Positions 24,763 to 33,737 of a DNA stretch of 64,000 nt are shown piece by piece. The translations under genes and the position numbers were made by a program. Under the pieces are notes generated by a model that made no database searches, was not told the DNA's origin, and saw nothing but the letters and a program-made list of their open reading frames with translations. Each line of letters starts with the position of its first letter. The first letter of the stretch is position 1. Source of the DNA: an uncultured delta proteobacterium (GTDB lineage: Bacteria > Desulfobacterota > Desulfomonilia > UBA1062); NCBI GenBank assembly GCA_963785235.1, contig CAWAUM010000001.1:768001-832000 (forward strand), in the 5' to 3' direction.

Positions 24763-24880
24763 TCCTGGTGATTATGGCAAAGGGGAAACACCCGATCCCA
24801 TTCCGAACTCGGAAGTTAAGCCCTTTAGCGCCGAATGTACTGCACGGGCAGCTGTGTGGGAGAATAGGACGTTGCCAGGA
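24763..24880 (+). rRNA. rrf: 5S rRNA
   Basis: CCTGGTG...CCCGATCCCATTCCGAAC...GAAGTTAAG...GCCAGG. Confidence 0.97.
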
Positions 24881-24888
24881 CAATTATT

Positions 24889-24921
24889 AAAGGCCTCTGA
24901 TCGAAAGATCAGGGGCCTTTT
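24889..24921 (+). terminator. rrn intrinsic terminator
   Basis: AAAGGCCTCTGATC-GAAA-GATCAGGGGCCTTTT. Confidence 0.85.
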
Positions 24922-24930
24922 CGTATTTAA

Positions 24931-25050
24931 GTCCCCTGTCCCCTCACGGGAGAGGGGGTGGACTTTCCGAAATGAACCTGTTCCCAAATTTCCCCAAATT
25001 TCCCCAGGTGAAAACTGGGGGACAGGAGAAAAGAGACGGTTCTTTTTTTT
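24931..25050. repeat. Cluster of GGGGAC-type REP-like motifs with 10-bp tandem units
   Basis: GTCCCCTGTCCCC; GAACCTGTTCCCAAATTTCCCCAAATTTCCCC; AAAACTGGGGGACAG. Confidence 0.6.
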
Positions 25051-25131
25051 GAAAATAGATAGAAGGGAAAATAAGGTCGAGCCCATTTTCTAAGCAATCT
25101 GATTCTTGATATGAATCCTGATCACCCAAGG

Positions 25132-25542
25132 TTATTTTTTAAGGAATGCCATATACTCTTGAGGAGTTACGATTACTATTGATTTGTATTTCCGTAATGC
25201 CAATAAATCCTTGTCACCGGTCACAACATGGGGCGCCTGGGCATTGACTGCAACGGCAAGGAACATGTCATCATTCGGATCACGGCACACACCCTCTATC
25301 TTTTCTTTGATGACTATCACCTCAAAGTAAGGGAGTATCTCGTCTTCGATGATAGCTTTTATCTCATCTACTGACAGACTGAACTTCGGATAACCGAGCA
25401 CTGTTCTGAACTCTTGAAAGGTTTCCCTTGAAAGGAGAGGGGAGAGGGTTCTGTCCTTCCACAGTTCTTGAAACATAGACAGACGTCCTTTTAAAAGGAT
25501 TACAGAAACGAGTACGTTGGTGTCCAGTACGACCCGCATCAT
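25132..25542 (-). CDS. PIN-domain toxin (VapC-like)
   Basis: RVVLDTNVLVS, CRDPNDDMFL, VTGDKDLL. Confidence 0.92.
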   Translation of the reverse strand: MMRVVLDTNVLVSVILLKGRLSMFQELWKDRTLSPLLSRETFQEFRTVLGYPKFSLSVDEIKAIIEDEILPYFEVIVIKEKIEGVCRDPNDDMFLAVAVNAQAPHVVTGDKDLLALRKYKSIVIVTPQEYMAFLKK

Positions 25543-25779
25543 TTATTTTTTCTTCCTTGCCCATTTTACTGCGTCGGTTACATCCTTCTCATTAATCCCT
25601 AACTTTGCCATCTTTTCGCGGATGCTTTCCTGAGAAGAGGTGATAGGGGTTATCTTGACCGGCATCAGTACAATCTGATTATTTATCACGGTTGCGTCGA
25701 ACAGGTCGACACCCGGAAACTTATCAGCGATTTCTTTCGGCAGCGTCAGTTGATTTTTTGAGGTCTTCTTGGCCAGCAT
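25543..25779 (-). CDS. AbrB/MazE-family antitoxin
   Basis: TSKNQLTLPKEI; abuts the PIN gene. Confidence 0.88.
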   Translation of the reverse strand: MLAKKTSKNQLTLPKEIADKFPGVDLFDATVINNQIVLMPVKITPITSSQESIREKMAKLGINEKDVTDAVKWARKKK

Positions 25780-25790
25780 ATTTCCTTACC

Positions 25791-25805
25791 TCCTTAAAGT
25801 AAGGA
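25791..25805. promoter_or_regulatory. Candidate toxin-antitoxin autoregulatory operator
   Basis: Inverted repeat TCCTTA-AAG-TAAGGA directly upstream of the antitoxin. Confidence 0.45.
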
Positions 25806-26038
25806 TACCTTATTTGCTATTTTACTGCAAGGGAAAAACTGGGGGAAAGACATCTTTCTACAGTATGTATGCAGTTTTTCCGATTAATCAGGTATCATGG
25901 GGCGCAGTAATATAAATCGACTCCAGTTCTATGCATTACCTGAAAGCGTCTGCACGCAGGTCGCTTTCAAGTCGAATCCTTTCATCGTATGGGGCGTGCT
26001 GCCCTTACTCACGCTGTTCCTAAAGAAAGGGGAACCCG

Positions 26039-27181
26039 ATGGGGGATGAAACCATAAGAAAATGTTCCTCCTGCGGAAAAGTGTTGAAGCCCGAGGTAGA
26101 CCTCTGCACGAAATGCGGAGCCCTCTTTGAGGAAAACGGAGAGAGCAGCGAGGGGGAGGGCTCTATCGGAGCGGAACTCCTGTCGCTGGCCAATGACTTC
26201 CTCTGTGTGAGCAAAATAAGCCCGCAGTGGTTTGAACTGATATCCCGGCCAGGAGCACAAGTTCCAGACCAGAAGTCCACGATAAAATACCAGGCCGTGG
26301 CGCAGCTGGTGCCGGGGAAATACCAGGTCTTATTCTGGGAAAAGATGATGGAAACTCTGGTGGGCATAGACGCGGACTCTTCTCAAGCAAACTCCATCCA
26401 GAAATCTATTGATGTCGATCAGAAGTTCCACGGGCACCTCGTGTTCGGCGGTCCTTACGGATTTCGCTACGACAGACTGCACCGGGTAGTGAAGGCTATT
26501 GCGAACGAGCAGGGTTGGCAATTCGAACTGTCCATGTCCAAACCTGTCATGGACTTCACCCCCACCATGGAAACTGCGCTTCCCTCCCATACCTCCAGGA
26601 AGGGCAGATGGATTCCTGCGATTCTGGCAGGGGCAGTCATTCTTGTGGTTGTTGCAGCGCTGGTTGGAATATTCTCAAAGGGGGTGAAGGAAACCCCTAT
26701 TGCTGAAAAACCCAAGACCGCTGCCGCAGTGCATGCAGCGATGGAGGCTCAAAAAGCTCTCGGCGCAGCACAGAAGCCGTCGGTTCCCGCGATATCAGCG
26801 GCAATCGATTATAATGCCGAAGGCATGAAAAAAGCCAAGGCCGGGAACATGGAAGAAGCGGCCGGGTTATTTGAAAAGGCCGTACAAGCCAGTCCGGATA
26901 ATTTCAATGCCTGGAATAACCTGGGATTGGCCCTGCGCAAGATCGGCAAGAATGAGGAGGCCGTCAAGGCCTACCAACGCGCCATTACCAGAAATCCCGA
27001 CTTCGCCCTGGTGTACAAGAATCTCGGCATCGTGTTCGAGCAAATGGGCAAGAAGAAAGAGGCTGCAGAGGCCTATCTGAAATACGCTGAACTGAATCAA
27101 TCCGCTGCAGATGCGCGCACCGCCAGAAAAAAAGCCGCGATGCTGATGGGTGTAGCACAGGGAAAGGAGATAAGACCATGA
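26039..27181 (+). CDS. Zinc-ribbon + TM + TPR protein
   Basis: CSSC...CTKC, TM helix WIPAILAGAVILVVVAALVGIF, TPRs (AWNNLGLAL, YKNLGIVF). Confidence 0.82.
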   Translation: MGDETIRKCSSCGKVLKPEVDLCTKCGALFEENGESSEGEGSIGAELLSLANDFLCVSKISPQWFELISRPGAQVPDQKSTIKYQAVAQLVPGKYQVLFWEKMMETLVGIDADSSQANSIQKSIDVDQKFHGHLVFGGPYGFRYDRLHRVVKAIANEQGWQFELSMSKPVMDFTPTMETALPSHTSRKGRWIPAILAGAVILVVVAALVGIFSKGVKETPIAEKPKTAAAVHAAMEAQKALGAAQKPSVPAISAAIDYNAEGMKKAKAGNMEEAAGLFEKAVQASPDNFNAWNNLGLALRKIGKNEEAVKAYQRAITRNPDFALVYKNLGIVFEQMGKKKEAAEAYLKYAELNQSAADARTARKKAAMLMGVAQGKEIRP

Positions 27182-27642
27182 GACACATTTTTTTCACACG
27201 TAACCTGATTTTGCTGCTTTGTTTCCTCTTGGCCTCTGGTTGTGCCGCAACAGAAACAACCACCAAACCCGATACGACCGGCCCGGCTCCAACCGCCGCT
27301 GATGGTGCCGGGACAGAAACAACCATCAAGCCTGCCCCGACGCCAAAACCAGTGATTCTTTATGTTGTCTCTAATCAGCTTAACATGCGGAAGTGCCCTT
27401 CTGTAAAGTGCAAGGTTATAGCAAGGCTGAAACTGGGCGATGAAGTCATCAAGCTGGGACAGGAAAAGGATTGGATTAATGTACGAGTAAAGTCCACTAA
27501 TCGTGAAGGTTGGGTGGCCTCGACTCTGGTCGGGAAAACGGCCACCAAGAAGAAACCCTCTTCCAGGATCAAGAAACAATCGCCTCCACGGGGAAAAGAT
27601 AAGCAGGGATCATCCGAGTTACAAGAAGAGTTCGCCCCTTGA
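27178..27642 (+). CDS. Lipoprotein with bacterial SH3 domain
   Basis: Lipobox LASGC; LNMRKCPS...W..VR...EGWV. Confidence 0.8.
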   Translation: MRHIFFTRNLILLLCFLLASGCAATETTTKPDTTGPAPTAADGAGTETTIKPAPTPKPVILYVVSNQLNMRKCPSVKCKVIARLKLGDEVIKLGQEKDWINVRVKSTNREGWVASTLVGKTATKKKPSSRIKKQSPPRGKDKQGSSELQEEFAP

Positions 27643-27662
27643 CCCCCGGGAATAAATGAATA

Positions 27663-27715
27663 AATGGGGTCAGAGACCATTTTCTCAATAACAATAAATC
27701 GTCTCTGACCACTGT
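27663..27715. repeat. REP-like palindrome (GGGGTCAG type)
   Basis: GGTCAGAGAC...GTCTCTGACC arms. Confidence 0.7.
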
Positions 27716-27863
27716 TTACTCCTGATCTTGTCGGATATCTTCACGTCCATCCTCCGGTTACGGTTATGAAAGAAACCCTGATAGATTAAACATTCAATGC
27801 AAAAACTCCGATTTTAAGGAAATACAGCCTTGAAAAATGAAAGCTTTGAAAAAGGATGGGTTT

Positions 27864-28730
27864 ATGAAAGACGAAAACAGATCAGTGGGCCGGTTGCTGG
27901 ATGTGCTCGCCGAAGCCAAGGATTTGGTAGCCGAGTTCGCGGACGAGGCATACAAGAGCAGGGCGGCAGAAGTTGCTCTGCGGGAAAGCGAAGAGCGGTA
28001 CCGGATCCATTTTTCCCTGACCAACGATGTCATGTTTTCCTTTGACCGGCAGCTCACGATCCTGAGCGTTTCTTCGAACGTCGAGCGGGTGCTCGGGTAC
28101 AAGCCCGAGGAACTGACCGGTAAGCCTCTTGCAGAGGCGAACCTGCTGCATCCAGACTCTATGCAGGAAGCGGTGGATAAAGCCCATCACGTCCTTGCCG
28201 GAGAGGTATACCTGTCCTCAATCCTTCAGTTCATGACCAAAAACGGCGATATCGTGATCGGCGAGGTAAGCGGCATCCCGCTCAGCCGCGACGGCCAGGT
28301 CATCGAGGTGATCAATGTGGCCCGGGACATCACCAAGCGGATCAACACGGAAAACTCCCTGCGCGAGAGCTCGGAGCGCTACCTGCACATCCTCGATACC
28401 CTGCCCAGCGCAGTATGCATCCTGAAGGACGAAGATACCAGGTTTATGTTCGCTAACCAGGGCTTCTGCGCCCTGAGCGGCCACGAGATTCGCGATATCA
28501 TCGGGAAGACGCCGGTCGAGCTGAAGCTCCCGGTGGGGCTAGACGATTTCTTTTCCAACGGCAAACCCGATGCGGGTTCTTCCCAGGCCGATCTCAAGAA
28601 GCAGCGGCTGAAGAAGAAAGACGGCACCATAGCCGATGTAATGGCCTCGTCAGGTCCCATGAAGTACGCAGGCGAAGACTGCCTGATCATGGTCATGATG
28701 GATGTCACCAATTATAAGCGAAGCCTGTAG
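27864..28730 (+). CDS. Tandem PAS-domain protein without an output domain
   Basis: LRESEERYR linkers, LGYKPEELTGK, ARDITKR, DVTNYK then stop. Confidence 0.85.
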   Translation: MKDENRSVGRLLDVLAEAKDLVAEFADEAYKSRAAEVALRESEERYRIHFSLTNDVMFSFDRQLTILSVSSNVERVLGYKPEELTGKPLAEANLLHPDSMQEAVDKAHHVLAGEVYLSSILQFMTKNGDIVIGEVSGIPLSRDGQVIEVINVARDITKRINTENSLRESSERYLHILDTLPSAVCILKDEDTRFMFANQGFCALSGHEIRDIIGKTPVELKLPVGLDDFFSNGKPDAGSSQADLKKQRLKKKDGTIADVMASSGPMKYAGEDCLIMVMMDVTNYKRSL

Positions 28731-28744
28731 CGGATAATCCTCAT

Positions 28745-28793
28745 GGAAATCCGGGGACACCATACTTGACAAAAATGGGACAGATTTATTTTT
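28745..28793 (+). repeat. REP-like motif GGAAATCCGGGGACACCATACT followed by GGGACAGATTTATT
   Basis: 20 bp identical to the copies at 31076 and 31871. Confidence 0.8.
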
Positions 28794-28838
28794 TGATAAT
28801 CACCACTTTTTCCCGTTTTTCATGAACGCAAACGGTTG

Positions 28839-28867
28839 CGCCCTGTCACCTAGGGGGTAACAGGGCG
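28839..28867. terminator. Hairpin between convergent genes
   Basis: CGCCCTGTCACC...GGTAACAGGGCG. Confidence 0.45.
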
Positions 28868-28929
28868 TTCAGGTTCCGCTCAGGTGAGGACCGCGGCCTC
28901 AGTTATGGTTTGACTGCTCGAATCAGTCT

Positions 28930-29814
28930 CTACTTGGTATCAGGCTCAGATACGTCCACTTTGCCATCCTTCACCGGCAGTGTGGCGCCTGGTCTGAAGG
29001 ACGTCCGTACGACCCCTTCCTTGCCTTCGAGCCGGTAGGTCACCTTATAGCCGACCACCTTCTGCGATTCGTCGTAGACCGTTTGGCAGACGCGTTTCGT
29101 TGTAGTGACCACGTCGCTTTCCTGCATGCCCTTCTGAACCTGGTTCCCTACCACGGCACCGCCGACAGCCCCGGCGGCTGCGGCAATTTTCTTGCCCTTT
29201 TTACCGTGGCCGAGAGTATAGCCCAGCACGCCGCCGGCAACTCCGCCGGCCACGGTGCCGGTGACGCGATTGGAGTCCTGCACCGGCGCCTGCTCCTGCA
29301 CCTGCACGTCCTCACACACCTCACGCGGGGTCTTGATGGTCTTGGTGATCTCCTTCACGGCTATGACATCGGCATGATCCGCAGGGGCACTCTGCGTAAG
29401 CGCGCCCTGTGCCGCATCGACCGGCGCGGGAACACCCGGTGCAGGGGCACCCTGGTTGGAAACCGTGCCTTGTACAACCAGGGGAGCACTCAGAGAAGTA
29501 TACTGACCATCCGGTCCGCTGCTCACGGTGACACTCTCACCAGTCATCCCGTTTGCCGGCTGTGGCGTCAGGACATACTGCGACGACGGGTATAGCTTGG
29601 CGAACTTGAAGGACCCATCCGCACCTGATATTGCCTCTAACTGTTCGTATCCCTTGACCGGTTGGACCTGTATCGCGATCACCTTTATCCCTGCCAGGGC
29701 CTGTCCATTGCTGTCAGTCACTCTGCCTACCAGCCCCGTATTCTTACTGCAGGAGCAAAGGCAAAAAAACATTACCAGCGCACTGAGTGCAATAACCATC
29801 TTCTTCGCCTTCAT
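28930..29814 (-). CDS. Lipoprotein: carboxypeptidase-regulatory-like domain fused to a YcfJ-like glycine zipper 2TM domain
   Basis: Lipobox-like CLCSC, GRVTDSNGQALAG, TPREVC, GTVAGGVAGGVLG...GAVGGAVVGNQVQ, GYKVTY. Confidence 0.8.
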   Translation of the reverse strand: MKAKKMVIALSALVMFFCLCSCSKNTGLVGRVTDSNGQALAGIKVIAIQVQPVKGYEQLEAISGADGSFKFAKLYPSSQYVLTPQPANGMTGESVTVSSGPDGQYTSLSAPLVVQGTVSNQGAPAPGVPAPVDAAQGALTQSAPADHADVIAVKEITKTIKTPREVCEDVQVQEQAPVQDSNRVTGTVAGGVAGGVLGYTLGHGKKGKKIAAAAGAVGGAVVGNQVQKGMQESDVVTTTKRVCQTVYDESQKVVGYKVTYRLEGKEGVVRTSFRPGATLPVKDGKVDVSEPDTK

Positions 29815-29902
29815 GCTTGAAATCTCCTTTCTGTGGCTTTTTCGTTTCCATGAAATTCCGTATCCTTATGGATATACCGTCCCTGCTGACCCTATTCAAT
29901 AG

Positions 29903-30904
29903 CTATTTCATTGTCCTCTTGCATGCTCCCTGCAGGTTGAAGAGCACCAAGCACAGCAGCGTGAAATAGACCGTGTCGAGAACATGCTCGAAGTAATGCG
30001 ACGCGATCAGGTAGTAAACCGAAAGCGCGGATCCACGGGCAAATCCTGGCCTCTGCGCCATGGTCCCGATGCCCGCCCCCAGCGCCGCTGTGACCTGATA
30101 CGCCAGCAGGGCGGTGAAGAGCAAGGCCAGGACCGCCGAAAACAGCCATACTTTGGCGGGGAAAGCGCCGTGGCGGAGTGTTCCTTCCCTGGCCTTTTTC
30201 CTGAAAAAAAAGTAGAGCGGCAGCGGAAAGTAGATAAGAGGGAATGTCGCGCATTCGCGGACGCTGTGGGCCAGGTAGCGCGGATCAGTCCACGTGGAGA
30301 GCGGCGCATAGAGGCTTGCGCCGTTGAACAGCAGCGTGAGGAGGAACAGCAGAATGAACCCCGCACCGACGAAAACGACTCCCCGACAGCTAACGGCCAG
30401 AGGGACATGAAAGACGTGCATGAGAATCATGAGGTAGCAGGGAATGGCAAGGGGCATGAGCATCGTACTGGGCAGGTGCAGGTTCCATGACCCGCCTCTC
30501 GTGTAGACCGTCATGTTCTGCTTCTCCTGGAGCACGAAGGCAAGAGTGTCATCGATGCCGAACCAAACCAGGCTGACGGTAATTGCGGCAATTATGAAAA
30601 GGCCCAGCGCCGTGGCGCTTCGCCTGAGGTGCGACGCTTCATCGCCCTGCGTTGAAGGAACTGCGAGGCAGAGATAAGTCCCGGTGAAGATGAGCGCGTA
30701 CACTGTGTGGACGGGAACATGCCCGAGGAAATGCGACGCGTACAAAACGGTCTGCAGGAGGCTGTACGCACCGCCTTCATGGATGACTGTATCCAAGAGG
30801 AAGACCTTCCGGTGGTACAGCGCCAGGTAGACGTACGAGACGATGTATGTCGCCAGAGGAATGAGCAGAAGAAGTTCCATTTTCAGGGATCGGTCCTTCA
30901 TCAT
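29903..30904 (-). CDS. Hypothetical polytopic membrane protein
   Basis: GGAGGAGG RBS, about 8 hydrophobic segments, His-rich motifs HFLGH and HYFEH. Confidence 0.7.
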   Translation of the reverse strand: MMKDRSLKMELLLLIPLATYIVSYVYLALYHRKVFLLDTVIHEGGAYSLLQTVLYASHFLGHVPVHTVYALIFTGTYLCLAVPSTQGDEASHLRRSATALGLFIIAAITVSLVWFGIDDTLAFVLQEKQNMTVYTRGGSWNLHLPSTMLMPLAIPCYLMILMHVFHVPLAVSCRGVVFVGAGFILLFLLTLLFNGASLYAPLSTWTDPRYLAHSVRECATFPLIYFPLPLYFFFRKKAREGTLRHGAFPAKVWLFSAVLALLFTALLAYQVTAALGAGIGTMAQRPGFARGSALSVYYLIASHYFEHVLDTVYFTLLCLVLFNLQGACKRTMK

Positions 30905-31073
30905 CCTCCTCCTCCGGAATCCCCCTCGGCGGACCCGGTCCGCACGGTTTCACAAGTGCAACACATTCTGTGGGGTCGGTATGAAGTAAACAGGCAGCAT
31001 CATTATCTGCAATTAACATGATTTTTTCATGGAATAGCAATACTAATAAACAAGGTCATCCATTTCTCCATAA

Positions 31074-31099
31074 GGAAATCCGGGGACACCATACTAATT
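31074..31099 (+). repeat. REP-like direct repeat (left)
   Basis: GGAAATCCGGGGACACCATACTAATT. Confidence 0.85.
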
Positions 31100-31268
31100 T
31101 TCTTTTTGGGGAGAAAAGGAGAAAATGGGGTCATTTATCCATTCACCACTTAATCAATGGACCGATTGAAAGATCCGGTGTTGTTGAGTAGACGAATAAT
31201 TAGGAGAATCTGTATGAAGGGATATGGGCTCTATAATATATCGTCGGGATAATGCTCAGGCGGGAATA

Positions 31269-31838
31269 ATGAATCAGAAAAGGGTATCCAGGAGGACAGG
31301 GACTGCATATCACGAGGCGGGTCATGCAGTATGCGCATACCTGGTTCGTAAGAAGTTCAGGTATGTAACTATCAGGGCCAATGGGGAATACGAAGGGTAT
31401 ATGCGGCATTATCAAAGGAGGGAAGCTTTCCTGTCCGATGGTGAGGAAAAGGCGAGGACGAGAACCTCCATGGAGAAAGACATGATGGTTTCCCTGGCAG
31501 GAGGCGCTGCCGTATTTCTCCTGACCGGCAAGCATGACTACATCGGAAAATGGTCTGATGATCACAAGGTCATGGACCTTGCTGAATATGTATGCAAATC
31601 CAGGCGTGAGTGCGAGGCATATATCAACTGGCTGTTTATCCGTTGTGAATCCATGCTGAGATCCCCGGCAAACTGGCATGCGGTGGAAACCCTTGCAGAA
31701 GAACTCCTTGCGAAGGAGACCATAAGCTACAGAAAGGCCGTGGAACTCATCAAGGCCGCCAAGAGGCAATTCAGACGGGGAAGGTGGGAGGATACTCCGG
31801 CCCAAGCCCTTTCTGTACGTGGAGGGCGGCGGCCATAA
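31269..31838 (+). CDS. Stand-alone peptidase M41 (FtsH protease domain)-like protein
   Basis: TAYHEAGHAV, VSLAGGAA, SDD, AVETLAEELL..ETI; no AAA domain. Confidence 0.72.
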   Translation: MNQKRVSRRTGTAYHEAGHAVCAYLVRKKFRYVTIRANGEYEGYMRHYQRREAFLSDGEEKARTRTSMEKDMMVSLAGGAAVFLLTGKHDYIGKWSDDHKVMDLAEYVCKSRRECEAYINWLFIRCESMLRSPANWHAVETLAEELLAKETISYRKAVELIKAAKRQFRRGRWEDTPAQALSVRGGRRP

Positions 31839-31870
31839 CGAAATCCTGGCTGTTGGGAGAGGAACAGTGA

Positions 31871-31925
31871 AAATCCGGGGACACCATACTAATTAATTCT
31901 GGAAAATAGGTATAGTGTCCCCAGG
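31871..31925. repeat. Full REP-like palindrome
   Basis: AAATCCGGGGACACCATACTAATT...GGTATAGTGTCCCCAGG. Confidence 0.85.
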
Positions 31926-31950
31926 TTATAAATATTTCTACCTGAAGAGT

Positions 31951-32283
31951 TTACTTTGCCTTTTTCTTTGCAGCCTTTGCCGCTGCTGCCTTCGGCTTTG
32001 CAGCCTTTACCACTGCCTTAGGTTTCGCAGCCTTTGCCGCTGCTGCCTTCGGTTTTGCAGTCTTTGCCACCGCCTTAGGTTTCGTAGCCTTTGCCGCTGC
32101 TGCCTTCTTCTTTACAGCCGCCTTCGGTTTAGCAGCCTTTGCCACCGCCTTCGGTTTCGTAGCTTTTGCCACTGCAGCCTTTGGCTTAACAGCCTTTGCT
32201 GCTGCTGCCTTCGGTTTCGCAGTCGTTGCCGCTGCCTTTACGGGTTTCTTTTTTACTGCCTTCTTAACTGCCGTTTTTGCCAT
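31951..32283 (-). CDS. Histone H1-like Lys/Ala/Pro-rich protein
   Basis: Roughly 10-aa AKPKAAAAKA repeats, no acidic residues, GGAGGAGG RBS. Confidence 0.85.
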   Translation of the reverse strand: MAKTAVKKAVKKKPVKAAATTAKPKAAAAKAVKPKAAVAKATKPKAVAKAAKPKAAVKKKAAAAKATKPKAVAKTAKPKAAAAKAAKPKAVVKAAKPKAAAAKAAKKKAK

Positions 32284-32301
32284 AAAATCCTCCTCCCTTA
32301 G

Positions 32302-33477
32302 TTACTCTTTATCCTCTGTGTCTTCATTCTCTTCCAGAACAATGTCATCCACATCTAAAACATATTCAGCATCAAGTTCATTGACAACCTCGTGCAGGTC
32401 TTCATTCTCACCCGGGGCAATATGGAGTGGTTCTGTTTTTGCCACGTAAGCTGAACGTTGTTTCCCCCTGCGCTTGCGAGCCGCTTTTATCAATCCATCA
32501 AGCTGATTAGCTCCACATGACGGGCAAAGAGGTTGTGGTCTACCTAAATCATAAAACTTGATGCCACACTTATAGCACTTGTACCGTTTCCCAAGGCCTA
32601 CGGAAGAAACCATAACCTTCTGAGTTTGAATCTTTTCAGTCACAATAACATCTTTTTTCTCAGATACCTGATCCATCTCAGAAGAAATTACCTTTGTCTC
32701 GAATGTCTTCTCTTTGACTGCCGGAGCAGCTTTTTTCTCGACATGCTTTTCTGCTTTTCCTGCCGGCTTGCCCTTGACGGGTTGTTTCTTCACTGCAGCA
32801 GGAAGCACAGGGCCTTTGGATGGTTTCGCCTTGACTACCGGGGCTTCTTTTATCTTGCTCTGCTGCGCTGCTTTTCCGGCAGGTTTACCCTTGACTGGTT
32901 GTTTCTTCTTTGCAGCAGGAAGCACAGGACCCTTGGATGGTTTCGCCTTGACTACCGGGGCTTCTTTTATCTTGCTCTGCTGCGCTGCTTTTCCGGCAGG
33001 CTTACCCTTGACTGGTTGTTTCTTCTTTGCAGCAGGAAGCACAGAGCCTTTGGATGGCTTCGCCTTGACTACCGGGGCTTTTTTTATCTTGCTCTGCTGC
33101 GCTGCTTTTCCGGCAGGCTTACCCTTGACTGGTTGTTTCTTTTTTGCAGCAGGAAGCAAAGAGCCCTTGGATGGCTTCGCCTTGACTATCGGGGCCTCCT
33201 TTTTCTTGCTCAACTGCGCTGCTTTTCCTGCCGGCTTGCCCTTGACTGGTTGCTTCTTCACTGCAGAAGTTTGTACAGGGTTCTTGGATGGCTTCCCTTT
33301 GATTATCGGAGCTTCTTTTTTCTTGTGCTGCATCTCTGCTTTTCCAACAACCTTTTTATTTTGAGGGTTCTTCTTATGGGCTAATGAAACACTGCTTTTA
33401 CGAGATTCCTTCTTAACTGCAGGCCCAGTCTTCTTTTTCTCAGGATGATTTTTATTGAGTTTGTTTAGTGATCGCAT
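32302..33477 (-). CDS. FYDLN-acid (TIGR02300-like) zinc-finger protein with Lys-rich repeat N-terminus
   Basis: LGKRYKCYKCGIKFYDLG...CPSCG plus acidic tail; five 39-aa basic repeats. Confidence 0.85.
   Translation of the reverse strand: MRSLNKLNKNHPEKKKTGPAVKKESRKSSVSLAHKKNPQNKKVVGKAEMQHKKKEAPIIKGKPSKNPVQTSAVKKQPVKGKPAGKAAQLSKKKEAPIVKAKPSKGSLLPAAKKKQPVKGKPAGKAAQQSKIKKAPVVKAKPSKGSVLPAAKKKQPVKGKPAGKAAQQSKIKEAPVVKAKPSKGPVLPAAKKKQPVKGKPAGKAAQQSKIKEAPVVKAKPSKGPVLPAAVKKQPVKGKPAGKAEKHVEKKAAPAVKEKTFETKVISSEMDQVSEKKDVIVTEKIQTQKVMVSSVGLGKRYKCYKCGIKFYDLGRPQPLCPSCGANQLDGLIKAARKRRGKQRSAYVAKTEPLHIAPGENEDLHEVVNELDAEYVLDVDDIVLEENEDTEDKE
32740..33324 (-). repeat. Five 117-bp coding tandem repeats
   Basis: TTGACTGGTTG recurs at 117-bp spacing (e.g. 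32891, 33008); unit KIKEAPVVKAKPSKGPVLPAAKKKQPVKGKPAGKAAQQS. Confidence 0.92.
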
Positions 33478-33737
33478 CCTTTTATCCTTCCTGCAATATT
33501 ATATCGATTTAACGATCTAATTTCATTAACATAATGTATACAAAGATAAATTACCGTTCCCCATCAAGCGAAAGGGAAGAAGGGGACAGATTTTTAAGAA
33601 AGAAAAGCTCTAGTAAAATCAAGGGATACCATGCCCTTTTATCGATCTCGGCATATAATCATCGTATACTATTGTCATACAAAAAATATCTGTATATACC
33701 TGACGTAAACATCATCGGCTACAGGAAGGGGTTCATC

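Noticed and set aside
28745-31925. Direct repeats as a CRISPR array
   Set aside because: Spacing is 0.8-2.3 kb with genes in between, and there are no cas genes
31915-33384. Cys/Arg-rich and Gly/Ala/Phe-rich repeat ORFs on the plus strand
   Set aside because: Antisense shadows of the Lys-rich repeat genes, which have strong RBSs
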